DNA from: an uncultured Hyphomicrobiales bacterium
Lineage (GTDB): Bacteria; Bacteroidota; Ignavibacteria; Kapaibacteriales; UBA2268
Reading direction: 5' to 3'
Assembly (NCBI GenBank): GCA_964386275.1
Contig: CAYLSY010000001.1
Span: forward strand, 1 to 29,235
Length of the DNA stretch: 29,235 nt
The notes under the pieces are model-generated. The model saw only the letters and a list, made by a program, of their open reading frames with translations, had not been told where the DNA came from and did no database searches. Positions 8,449-19,400 of this stretch are shown here, in pieces; within the stretch, counting starts at the first letter, position 1; each line of letters starts with the position of its first letter. A program made the position numbers and the translations under genes.

Positions 8449-10602
8449 TTATTTCTTTTTGGGAACATTAGTTGAGCGACCACGGTTATTCCAAGTATAA
8501 TTCCAATCGCGAGTATTAATATTTCCGGATAAAGTCAAATCGGCATTTAAATAGTCAAAATTATCTGCTGCAGTGTTGTTTGGGTCGCTAATCACATCCC
8601 AGACGCCGATATAATCATCATTGTTAATGATTCCGTCGCCGTTTATATCTCCGGCAATCATTCCGTAAAGAAGGCTGTTGTCTTGGAATTTATGTAATGG
8701 CTTTACTGCTGTCGCTTGTCCGAACAGTATTGCCGGATTGGTAAAATCGACTGAAGTCGGATAGGCGCTTGGATACATATGAATCGGGTCGCCAGTGATA
8801 ACAGCCAAATGGGAACGGTGATGGACAGCTATATAATAATCACCTGAATCAATATTGCCCAATGTCGAGTTTTTCAACCTCAAAGGAGAAACGCCGTCCA
8901 AATCAACGATAGCGCCGTTTTTGCTGAGAAAGCCAATGCGATAGCGGGATTCGCCGCCAAGCATTTGCGTGCGGAACTCAACCAGAATCCAATCTACAAC
9001 GGAATCTGGTATCGAAAGCACTGTATAGCTTGTTCGCTGTGGGTCCATGTTATAAGGATATATATCAGGTGGGGTTAACGGAATCAGGTTCTTTTCCTTT
9101 AAATCGGCTGCCATTGAGCCGTTGCGGTACGGACCTTCCAAATAAGCTCGAGCAGACAACAAAAGCAATCCAGCAGAAGGGAATCCAATTGCAAAATCGC
9201 CATATGGAGTAATTCCCTCGACGTTAGCAAACGCCCAGTCAGTCGAAACATCGAACTGCGGAACGCTTGAATTTGTAAACTCGTTCCATTTATTGTCAAG
9301 GTAGCGCATTAGTTTTAAACTCGATAAATCCAGCCCTTTAACTTCATCCGTCGTCGGTGTGGAAGGAGTATACCGCCAGCCATAACCGAATGTAATTGTA
9401 ACGCCGCTTTGAATCAAACGGTCGTCAGCGTCGCGGGCTTCGAGCGCAAAGTGGCGCATCACTTTGTTTATGCTGCCATCGGGTAACGGCGAGTATTTAT
9501 ATGGTTTTGTTCGGAAAATTAGCGAGCGGGTGCCGTTTTTCGCTGTTTCATCAGGGAAATAGGCATATGTATAAATGTTATTAAATAGCATTTTTTCGCC
9601 GACTTTTAATACATTTCGACGGACAGAACCGTCGATTTCGGCATTGCTTGTTGCAAAAACCGGCTCTTTTTCGCTGTTCAGCGTCAAAATATAGCGCCTT
9701 TCATCAGTAGGTTCAGTCTTGATATAAGAAGACAGGAACAATTCGTTATTGACGAACACATTCGTATCGAGAACCAAGCCGCCGACATTTTCTACCCTTA
9801 AATCGTGTAGCACACTCGTATCGAGCGGTATTTCGGGACCCTGTATCATCTCGCCGTTGCCGGCATAATGCACCGAAACATTCGCCCCGAACTGCGGCGC
9901 CACCTGAATCGAAGCGCCCGAATGTCGCTCAATCAAAACAGAATCCTCCAAAACGATTTTTTCCGGCGCTGCGGCATTGCGAAGCTGCCCACGCGAAAGC
10001 GTCAGCTTCTCTTCGATGGCAAAGCCGCCGCCATGGACATTGACACCGAAAGGATTATCAATGTTCAAACGAGAAAATCGCCCATTGCCGTGCAGGTCTT
10101 GAGCAGCAGTATCATTGTTCATGCGGACATCTTTCGGTCCCTTGTATTTGGCAGTGTTGACTACTGCGCCCTTGGCATGGACATCAGGGGAGTTTATTCC
10201 TATCCAGCCGGTAGTTAATACCGTCGAATCTTCGATTATCAACGAATCGAGAACAACCAAATTTCGAACTTTGTTATTGATATCCTTTTCGTCCCGGATG
10301 ATTTTTGTGGCTTTATTACCAATTACAAGTTGATTATAAATAATGTTCGGAACGGATTGTTGACCGGACAAAGTCGGAGCAAGGAATTCAACCCTGCCGC
10401 CGATTGAATCTGGCATTCCCTTTACTTCACCACGCTTGACTCTAATTACTCCGGTCTTTCCATTAAAAATTTGACCGCTATTATCAAGCACATTTTGAGC
10501 CGCTAAGGTTCCATAAGCAATTGTGAAAGAAAGGAAATAAAGTAATATCCGAAAAATGGGTGAATTTAAAGAAAAATCTATATGTAGGGTTGTAATCTTC
10601 AT
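8449..10602 (-). CDS. Secreted 717-aa protein: beta-solenoid plus connector domain plus C-terminal LEGPY/dockerin-like Ca-binding module
   Basis: Signal peptide ends TLAA-Q. N-terminal part aligns by eye with the 736-aa neighbour. C-terminal ~235 aa has YLEGPY, VVDWILVEFR, GDYYIAVHHRSHL, GDINGDGIINNDD and degenerate ADLTLSGNINTRD. Confidence 0.8.
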   Translation of the reverse strand: MKITTLHIDFSLNSPIFRILLYFLSFTIAYGTLAAQNVLDNSGQIFNGKTGVIRVKRGEVKGMPDSIGGRVEFLAPTLSGQQSVPNIIYNQLVIGNKATKIIRDEKDINNKVRNLVVLDSLIIEDSTVLTTGWIGINSPDVHAKGAVVNTAKYKGPKDVRMNNDTAAQDLHGNGRFSRLNIDNPFGVNVHGGGFAIEEKLTLSRGQLRNAAAPEKIVLEDSVLIERHSGASIQVAPQFGANVSVHYAGNGEMIQGPEIPLDTSVLHDLRVENVGGLVLDTNVFVNNELFLSSYIKTEPTDERRYILTLNSEKEPVFATSNAEIDGSVRRNVLKVGEKMLFNNIYTYAYFPDETAKNGTRSLIFRTKPYKYSPLPDGSINKVMRHFALEARDADDRLIQSGVTITFGYGWRYTPSTPTTDEVKGLDLSSLKLMRYLDNKWNEFTNSSVPQFDVSTDWAFANVEGITPYGDFAIGFPSAGLLLLSARAYLEGPYRNGSMAADLKEKNLIPLTPPDIYPYNMDPQRTSYTVLSIPDSVVDWILVEFRTQMLGGESRYRIGFLSKNGAIVDLDGVSPLRLKNSTLGNIDSGDYYIAVHHRSHLAVITGDPIHMYPSAYPTSVDFTNPAILFGQATAVKPLHKFQDNSLLYGMIAGDINGDGIINNDDYIGVWDVISDPNNTAADNFDYLNADLTLSGNINTRDWNYTWNNRGRSTNVPKKK

Positions 10603-10721
10603 TATATCTGAATGACTAACTTAATGGGATATTGTCAAGTTGATATTAAACTCAAGTTTCAAAATATTTACTTTTAAAAAGATTGAATCAAAACACTACT
10701 CATTTCAGGCTGTCAAACCTT

Positions 10722-10780
10722 TTAAAATTAAATAAATTAACTCGAATCCGGCGGAGCTGTTTTGCAACCGCCGGACGAGT
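10722..10780 (-). terminator. Intrinsic terminator after the 736-aa gene
   Basis: Stem TCCGGCGG (10747-10754) / CCGCCGGA (10768-10775), extended by ACTCG/CGAGT across a 2-nt bulge, followed on the minus strand by TAATTTATTTAATTTT; ~32 nt after the stop. Confidence 0.75.
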
Positions 10781-10812
10781 AATAAATATCATTTAACAAA
10801 GAGCTTCAGCTA

Positions 10813-13023
10813 TTATTGTCCAAGTATCAAGATACCTTCGTTGTTGAATGTACCTGCGTTTTGATAGTTTTGTGTGCCAAACTGAACAAGGTTTGAACCG
10901 GTTATGATGCTTGTAATCCACAAACCGTTCAAATCAGCTTGAGCTGTTGATTTGGGTAATGGAGTTGCGCCAATTGCAGCAACAGAAGCAGCATGGTTAT
11001 CGTTAATCAAAGTAAAGCCTGTTTCTTGCTTTGTCATAAGCACATTGTTACCGTTGTCTTCGTTGCCGATGATAAGAGCAGGATGATGATATCCATCGGT
11101 TTGGTCTGCAGGATTCGGGTCGTTCTGAATGGTAATCATATTAGCAATATAAATTTCTCCGCTTACAGGTGTATAGTGTGTTGCTTCAGGAGTAGTATTG
11201 CCTGATACTGGTGTTTCAAATGCGCCAGACGGAGCTGCAGTGATACCGGCATAAACAACGTGGCGAACGAATGCATTATCGTCTTCGGTCGGAACGGAGC
11301 CTTCATCCCAAGTATTCGGGTTTGTCCAACGACCGGCGGTCTTTGATATAAATTCGATGGGACCGGTGCGGAGCAAAATCTCGTGGCCGCTGGCAAAATT
11401 ACCATTTCCATTAGGAACATTCCCCGTAATTTCGCTTATACCTGACAATTCTGCATAAGCTAAAGTGTCGGCGGCAGCAGGCCCGCCATTAGTATAAGGA
11501 TTACCTGTACCCATTTTCTCAAGAGTACCTGCTTGGTCTTCATACATACGAACTCTTTGCCAAGTATGTAGAGCATCAGCAGGCCACCCATTATCTTCAT
11601 CATCGCGATAACCAACCGTTAAAGTAAGATTATCCGAAAAATCGCCGCCTGCGTTGCTAACATAAGAAAGGACAACTTTTCTTTTGACGTCGGTTGTCGA
11701 ATCAAAGCCAGTAGGAGGAAGGCCCGGTTGAACATTGAATGTCATTGAAGTAGGAACGTTAACGCCATCAGTAAAAGTCGCTTTTGTGTGCATGTTGTTA
11801 AACCGATAGCCCTCGGCGGGTTGACTTGCATATAAAATGTTGCGCTCGAAAGCGCCGACAACTTCTTCGACGTCGCCATAAGTAACAGCGCCGGCTGCGT
11901 TCAACATGTGCAGTGTATTTGTGCCCATCGCCAATGTATTAGCTACAGCTCCTGAGGTAGCAAAATTAAAGTCTTGGCAAATCCAAATATCACCCAATGC
12001 GACAGCGTCGCTGCCAATAAGATTCAAGCTACCGAATGGATTTGTAGTAACGGTAGCAACGATGTTTTGAGAAGCAGTGCCGTTATAAGTTAAAATTGAA
12101 GTACAATCAAAAGTCATGTTGGTAGCGGCGGCAAAAGCATTTGTAAATGCGCCGGTGATGATTAATTCAGCGGGAGTTCCTGTTCCATCACCCAAATGCA
12201 ATGTAGAACCGCCGGCTGCATCAGCTAAAGCAAGAGTGGCTCCGGCGCCGACCGTAACATCGCCCGAACCGTCGGGAATGTCTATATCACCAAGTGTTAC
12301 AGTAACATCGCCATTAAAGTCCGTTGTGCCAGCTCCGGCATGGATACCGGCATTTGCATTATCCAATGTTACAGTCCCGGTAAATGTAGAAGTTGCTGCG
12401 CCGAGTTGCAAATCACCAGTAACAGTAACATTTGCACTTGCTGTAACATTACTGACAACGGTAACTGTTTCTGCGTCGCGGATGGTTTTGACGCCACCGG
12501 AGAGGTCTAAGATGTTGTAATGTGTTCCACCGGTTGCTGTGCTTGTCGGGAAGATGTTTTGCGGATCGGTACCATCATAATAAATTGTTCCTGCATAAGT
12601 AACGTCTCCACCGGAAGTATAAAACGGCCAATTGTTCAAGTTATCATATCCTGTCAAGAAGGTTGCGCACTGAGTCCCAGTTATATGTACTCCGTCGGGA
12701 ACTGCTTTTGCAACTGTGCCAGTAAGTACAAGGTGTTCATAATAAGCGGCTTGAACCGGCTGCGAAGTGCCGCTTGTAGCTGCATATTCAACAGTGCCTT
12801 TAATAGAGTTACCGGCTGTACCCAATGGGGCAGAACCAGTAAATTTGTCGCTGGCGGCAGTGCTGCGGATGCGAATCACAGCGCCGCAAGATGCGTTATA
12901 AACGCCGAGCGAGTCAGTTCCATTGTTGTTGTTATGGAAGTTCTGCGCCAGCGCTTCGCCTGCGGTTAACCCTATAAACAAGAGCGCCACAAGGCATAAG
13001 TGAAGTAAATTGTTTCTTTTCAT
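10813..13023 (-). CDS. Secreted 736-aa beta-solenoid protein, single circularly permuted repeat unit; candidate major filament subunit
   Basis: Signal peptide ends EALA-Q. Contains solenoid rungs (GTIYYDGTDPQNI, ILTYNGTASQNI), a connector (EVVGAFERNI..FNN), a cap motif FISKTAGRWTNPNTW near aa 556, and ends FNNEGILILGQ. SD AAGGA 8 nt upstream; tandem stop TAA-TAG. Confidence 0.8.
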   Translation of the reverse strand: MKRNNLLHLCLVALLFIGLTAGEALAQNFHNNNNGTDSLGVYNASCGAVIRIRSTAASDKFTGSAPLGTAGNSIKGTVEYAATSGTSQPVQAAYYEHLVLTGTVAKAVPDGVHITGTQCATFLTGYDNLNNWPFYTSGGDVTYAGTIYYDGTDPQNIFPTSTATGGTHYNILDLSGGVKTIRDAETVTVVSNVTASANVTVTGDLQLGAATSTFTGTVTLDNANAGIHAGAGTTDFNGDVTVTLGDIDIPDGSGDVTVGAGATLALADAAGGSTLHLGDGTGTPAELIITGAFTNAFAAATNMTFDCTSILTYNGTASQNIVATVTTNPFGSLNLIGSDAVALGDIWICQDFNFATSGAVANTLAMGTNTLHMLNAAGAVTYGDVEEVVGAFERNILYASQPAEGYRFNNMHTKATFTDGVNVPTSMTFNVQPGLPPTGFDSTTDVKRKVVLSYVSNAGGDFSDNLTLTVGYRDDEDNGWPADALHTWQRVRMYEDQAGTLEKMGTGNPYTNGGPAAADTLAYAELSGISEITGNVPNGNGNFASGHEILLRTGPIEFISKTAGRWTNPNTWDEGSVPTEDDNAFVRHVVYAGITAAPSGAFETPVSGNTTPEATHYTPVSGEIYIANMITIQNDPNPADQTDGYHHPALIIGNEDNGNNVLMTKQETGFTLINDNHAASVAAIGATPLPKSTAQADLNGLWITSIITGSNLVQFGTQNYQNAGTFNNEGILILGQ

Positions 13024-13083
13024 TTAATTAATCCTTGAAATAATAAAACATATAATATGATTTTTTGACTTTATTTTACATTT

Positions 13084-13335
13084 TTATTTATTTTCAATAG
13101 TAACTCCATTGAACCAAATTTCGCTTTCGCTCAGGTCTAAATCCTCATTCCAAACAACACTGTGCTTATTAGGATGCGCCATATTGAACTGAGCTGGGTC
13201 TTTCAGCTGCGAAAACAATTCGCTTTCTATTAAATGTCCACAATTGTATGCCTTGCGCTCGCCGTTATCGAATTCGACATGCAAAGTGTAGTCAGGCAGA
13301 GCTTCTACGGATTTTATTGTCGGAATTTGCTTCAT
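13084..13335 (-). CDS. DUF2442-family protein (NE0471 N-terminal-like), orphan
   Basis: IKSVEALPDYTLHVEFDNGERKAYN...LFSQLKDP..F......VVWNEDLDL matches the DUF2442 pattern. ATG at 13335 (alternative GTG at 13338). Confidence 0.85.
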   Translation of the reverse strand: MKQIPTIKSVEALPDYTLHVEFDNGERKAYNCGHLIESELFSQLKDPAQFNMAHPNKHSVVWNEDLDLSESEIWFNGVTIENK

Positions 13336-13379
13336 CACTTATTTTAAAACCTTCATTTAAAGACCTACTATCTTAAAAG

Positions 13380-13410
13380 CAAAACTATTCAAAATATTAC
13401 TACTCAGCAA
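13380..13410 (-). promoter_or_regulatory. Possible internal Bacteroidota-type promoter for DUF2442 and the 736-aa gene
   Basis: Minus strand TTG (13410-13408), 20-nt spacer, then TAGTTTTG (13387-13380), matching TTG-N19-21-TAnnTTTG. AT-rich context. Confidence 0.35.
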
Positions 13411-13497
13411 TACGTATAATTACTGAATGAATTTATTTTAATTTTAGCGCTTGATTTATTTTTGATGAAATACAATAAAACTTAAATTCTATTTTAA

Positions 13498-16400
13498 TTA
13501 TTCACCCAGTTCAATAACTCCGTTATTATTTATTAATGCTGAATTTATGACATTTCCCCGAACCATAAGGGCATCTATTCCGTCAATAAAAACTGTTGCG
13601 CCGAGCGAATTTACAAAATTGCTTCTGACAAGCACTTTGCGTGTAACATTTTTTGTGCCAAAATTTGTTGTATATAATAAACCGTAGCCGTTTCCGGTAT
13701 CGGTTAAGTAGTTATAAAACAAATCAGGTACGATAGAAACATCCTGATTGTCGCCATAGAACTCGAAAATACTGGAAATCCCTATGTCATATACGCTATA
13801 ATTAGTAATGACATCAAACAAAGAGTTATTTGTCCCGCCTATCCTCATGGTTGCCCCATTAGCATTTGTCATGGTCCCGGCGCCGGTAATATTTTTTAAA
13901 GTGTATGACACAGCGTCCAACGTTCCGCTTAGGATACTTAAATTCGAGCTGATGTTAATATTTTTATCAATAATAACGGTATTATTTCCCGGCGCGCCGG
14001 AATTATTGATAATCAAAGAGTTTACTGTAGACGGCAAGCCGTTTCCAATGACTTGGTTAGCTGTTCCATTGTATTCGTAAATACCGTTTGTATTAAATTC
14101 TCTTGAAACGCTTGTTAAAATGTTGCCCGTTGTGCCTCCGAGCGCTGAAATGCCTTGCGTAGAGCCGATTCTGAGTGTCGATAGTTCACCAAAAGAGAAA
14201 TAGAGTCCGTTCAATGTGTTAGCGCCGCAATCAAGAGTGCCGGTATTAGCCGCTTCTGTGCCGAGAGCGACTCCGGCGCCGTCGCCAGCCCCGAACGGCG
14301 CATCGACATTAAGTGTAATAATATGGTTACCAACGCCATTAGCGCCGCCGCCGATAACGACGGAATCTTCCGGTTCGTTGGGCCACAATCCCGAACCGAA
14401 AATTTGGGGTCCAAGGTGGTCTTTTTTGTAAGTCCATGAATTCGGGTCATTCCATAACCCATCGCGCAAGCTGTAGAATATTCGCCTGAAAGCCTGTTCG
14501 CTGCCGGCAGTCCAATCTCCGTGCAGGTCTGAATATAGCGCATCGTCATAAGTTTGAAAATTCGGGCTGCCACCAAAATTGAACGAAAAACCATCTGCTA
14601 CGGTAAAAGTTTTCCATCTGCCGCCGTTAGTTTCTTTGATTGGACGCCAGCGGCCGGCTTTAACGAACTCCGTTCCAATAGTGTCTGTTAAATTGAAATT
14701 AAATGTAAGTTTTCCGTTTAATTTTGACGTCATTGTATCGACAACCCAATAACGTTGCAAATAGGATATTTCCGGTGTGGATGAAATCTTGAAATGCGCT
14801 CCCAAATTAGTCGGATGCGAACCCGGCGAAGTCCTGACTCCCATATACCCGCCGACAGCGCCGCTTTGAGCCAAGAAATCGGCTGGAGCATAGCTTTCGG
14901 TCGCTTCATAGAATGAGCCAACCGGGAAAGTATATGTCTTGGGTAATCCGGTTGCATTCATATTCCTTACCAAATATCCGCTTGTCTGGCTTGTCTTGAT
15001 ATATTTACCAGCGCCATAACCAACTATGCCATTTATATTGTCTGCATTTAGAATATAAATACTTGCGCTATCACCTAAGGTGATAAGGTTGTCGTTTGCA
15101 GTAAAATTCAATTGATTATTAACATAAAGATTAGCGTTGGCAGACGCATTTAAGCGATTAACCATCACATTACCACCGCTGTTCATATTCAGAATCAGAT
15201 TATGGAATGGAATCCCCGAGCTGTTGCCGATATTCACATTTTTCGTTCCGCTGCCGGCAAAGGTGATGTTGCTGGCATTGCCGGGATTAAACGTCGCGGC
15301 TCCCCAAGCAGAAATATTTCTATATAAGTTAATATTTCGATTACCGACACTTAAAACTCCGGAATTGCTTACCAAAGAATCACGTATTTTAAGTGTTTGT
15401 GCGCCGGGAAAATTTGAAATTGCTACAATTTGTATCGGATTATCGGCAATTAATGCCGAGATGCTGTCAGGCAAAGCCCTGCCAGTCGTTTGACCATAAT
15501 TAGGGTTGTTAGCATTAAAGATATATCGGCTGACACCGAACGAACGTATTTCCGTTTGAATACCACCGCCGGGCATTCCAACAGGCACAAGACCGTCGGC
15601 TCGCTGCATACCGAGCGTGCAGCTATCTTGCAGCTCGAATGTATTGCCGTAAATCACGTTCGAAACGCCGGTATTTGTCGTATCGAGAATATATAATTCA
15701 CCCGGCGGCAAATTTGCTGGATTTTCAACAATTACCGCCCTTACTTCAATTTGAGGATTCAAACCCGATGGGATATACACTTTTTTTCCATTGCCGATAT
15801 AGACTTTATCTGTCGTTACGAGCAATCCATTGTTAAAACCCGGATAACGGTTTGCCGGAGGAGTATTTTCAATTAAATAATCTGTTAAAGACCATGTATT
15901 AACGTCGTTCCAATATCCGTCGCGATAACTATAAAAACTTTGTCCTTCGGGTTCGGCAAGCAGAAAATCGCCGAAATGTTTGTTTCCAACTGATTTTACC
16001 GTAGAATCAGTTCTTGTTGTTGTATTGGTTATATACCATGCGGCTGGTATGGTATCCCAACCCGGCGTTCGGCGGAATTGCTCTAAGAATGGTAGCGTTA
16101 TATTTAATCCGATTGTGTCTCTCGGCAAAGTGTACTCTAAGGTTAAAGCAAACGAACGTGTCAAGGAATCCAAGACGAATCCGCCTTTATGGTTGATATT
16201 CCAATATCTTTGAATATTATTGTCGATTCTGCCCAAAGGATACAAATTGGTTATATCAGGATGCTGAACGTTATACGAGATTGCCCCGACAAGTCCGGCG
16301 GTGCCGCCGGTACCAGTAGTTTGGAAAATTACTGGACGGTAGCCGTATTCCAAAGTATCGTTACCAATCGGAAATAGCTTTGTAACCTGCCCTGTTTCTA

Positions 16401-19400
16401 TCCATCGATAAAGCCTGCCGTTAATATGTCCGGGACCATTTATAACAATTTCTGCGGCGCTTCCGCCGGAGGGACTGACTTCAACATATTTATTAAATGT
16501 TCTGGAATCGATTAAAGATTTATTTCCTAATGCAAATTCAAGATTATTGCGTACCACAATATTAGAATTGTCCGAAGCATCCAATCCGAGTTGAACCAAA
16601 CCGCTGTCGGGCTTGGCAATCTTCAAATTGTAAAACTCCAATGCTGCGCCAGTCGAATTGAACAGAGTTTGAGTATTACCCGAGCCGAAAAGTTCCAAAG
16701 TGCCTGCGCTCGAAGCAGATAATGTTCCATAGTTAATTAAATCGCCGCCTAAGGCAAGATTCCCTTGTATCTGCATTGTATGATTCACATCAATATAAGC
16801 GTCATTCAGTATTGTATCGAGGCTAATAAAGTGCGTTTGAGCAGCATTTCCGGGCGCGTTCGAAGCATGGAATCCGAAAATAGGCATCGTGCCTTTTAGT
16901 TTTATTGGAACGGCTCCTGCAGCAATGCTCGAATCGCCAGATTGAATAATGCCGCCGCGCATTTTCACTCCCGCAGCAGCATCGACATAATAATCCAAAC
17001 TCGCCTCGGCAGAGCCTTTGGCAACAATAATCCTGCCCCCGTCCATATTGAAAGTCGAACCGGCATTGCGAATGTCGAAGCCGATTCTATCGGCGCGGGT
17101 ATTGCCGATTCGCATAACCCGGGCAATACCGAATGTATCGATAGTAATATTAACTAAGGCTCCATCGGTCAAACGGGTAAAGCAGCCGGCTATATCTATA
17201 CTGCCGGAGAGTATATCAAATTTGCTGCCATCGGAATAAAAGAGACATTCATCCGCATTATTACCAACGATTAGGCTGCCACCATTTAAATAGGTTGTTG
17301 TGTTATAGCTTGCAACGATGTTAGTATCCGAACGCAAAGCGCCAGAGCGAATATCAAAACCGGAGCCGCTTATTATTGTCAAATTAGTATTGCCTTTTGC
17401 AATACACATCGTATCGGCAACCGTGTGACGAAATACGCCGCCGTTGGGATAGAACATGAAATTGGAAACAGTATCCGTTGCCAACGAAAATGTAGAGGAG
17501 GCGTTAATCAATGTATCGGTTAATCCGGTTTTCGTTAAAAAGACCTTAGGCAGTCTCCCCCACTTTCCGTTACCGGAAATTGTCGAGACACTGTCGCCGC
17601 CAAACTTGAGCGCAGTAAAGTTTGTGGCTGATTTATATAGGTTGATACCGTGTCCGGTCGATAGATTGATCAAATCCTGAGAAATTTTAAGAGTATCGTA
17701 ACGGTTTGCAATAGAAGAAGTATCGCCGATATAACCATTGTCTGCGTCGAGGAACAATGTGCGCATTTCGAGCGTTTTTATTGAAGGAGTATCACCAAAT
17801 AGCAGTCTGCCTGCGCCTGCTGCTGGGTTTGTGCCGCCGATTCGCAGCGAATCTATGCTGACATGTGCCGAATCCTTGAATACAATAATATGACCATCGA
17901 TGTTCACAGTATCGTTATTAAACAACATGCCGGGGTAATACGATGCGGCAGTGCCGGAATGCTTCAGTACCGCATCATTCGACCAATTGTATCGATTGTT
18001 CCAAACACCCGACTTAATGCTGTAAAACACGCGACCGTTGAAATAAACCAATGGATGCCCCGCCGTCCAATCGCCGTCGAGCCCAGGTTCTTGAACTACC
18101 GTAATCGGAGACGGCAGCGCAACAGGATTAGTACCCAAATTGATTTCCCAGCCGCCGGGAGTTTTGTGCCGACCGGGAATATACCAGTTGACATCGCCGT
18201 TGATGTCATAAACGCTGTAGCCGAATGTATATGTCGCCGGAAGCGTAGTATCTACAGTTATTCCAGTAGAGCTAACCCGCCAGTATTTGCTTAAAATGTT
18301 TTCGGTTAAGCGCGCAGGATGCTTTTCGGCTTTCAAAAGCAGCTTGATTGCTGCATTGCCGCTGTTTGTGCCTCGAAAATTAAATGATGCCGGATTATAA
18401 ATTGAATCTACTCCGACGGGAAAAGTAAAATTAAATGTTGTGCCTGAAAACTGCTTGGTTATTGTATCATTAAGTGAAATACCATCGACTTGGAACATTC
18501 TTTTACTGCTGAAAGAACCTGCATCAGGCGAAACGCTGCCCGTAGCGTTGAAAGTAAGGGTATTATTCGGATTCAAATATAAATTATTATCGGTGCTGAA
18601 CTTGAATACATTACCGACGGTAATATTATTCTCAAGATACACTTTTTCTGTCGTGGTCGGCTTGTTTATGGTGATTTTATTGAATGTTATGGGCTGAGAG
18701 CCGCGAATTGTGTCGCGCGAATCGCCCTTGAACAAGACTTCGCTGGTTTGGGCGTTGAAGCCGCCGATTGTATCATTGATAAAATCGCCCTTTATACCGA
18801 TTGTATAAGCGCCTGCATTCAAAATGCCGCTGATAATTTTCAACGAATCGGCACAAGTAACGTTTTTCGACAAAGTAACCTGTGGATTGACCGCGCCAGA
18901 GCGTGGCGATTGCACTATGAATGCGCCTACGTTTGCTGGCAAACCGTCGCCGGTGGTTTGTGCCGGCAGTGTATAGTTCGGATTAAAAATACGAATTGAA
19001 TAATCTTCAACTTCGCCGTAAGCAGGATTATCACATACATCTGAACCAGCAGAACTAGTGCTGCGGTACATTTTTACGCGCATTCTTGTCGTTCCGGGCA
19101 TATTACCTGAAGGTACTGTAAATGATCGAGACACAGCGCTTGACGAGGCTGTAGTTGCTGAAAATAATTGTTCGCCCGCATCGGTAAAATCACCATTCAT
19201 ATTGTAGTCTATCCAAGCTATCCAACGTTGATTTCTTGTGGTGCCGAAACCCGGCGTCATTGTTAATGTATAGCTTGAACCTGCATTTAAATTTGCCTGC
19301 TGGGATACATAGTATTCATAAGCCTGCGGGCTGACGCTAGCTCCTGAAGTATTGTCTATGCTGTGGTTTGCGTCAATGCCGGGCAGTTGAATGCGGGAAA

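Noticed and set aside
10603-10720. Sigma70 promoter from two TTGACA hexamers upstream of the 717-aa gene (minus strand)
   Set aside because: Neither has a good -10 at 16-18 bp spacing, and the only TATAAT overlaps the start codon.
12116-12969. Plus-strand ORFs of 134 and 149 aa, plus other short ORFs antisense or out of frame to the large genes (e.g. 20425-21045, 22286-22714)
   Set aside because: Shadow frames of long coding genes with no recognisable motifs.
13339-13497. DUF4160 toxin remnant upstream of DUF2442
   Set aside because: No open frame or recognisable motif beyond a weak ..FKI.. similarity.
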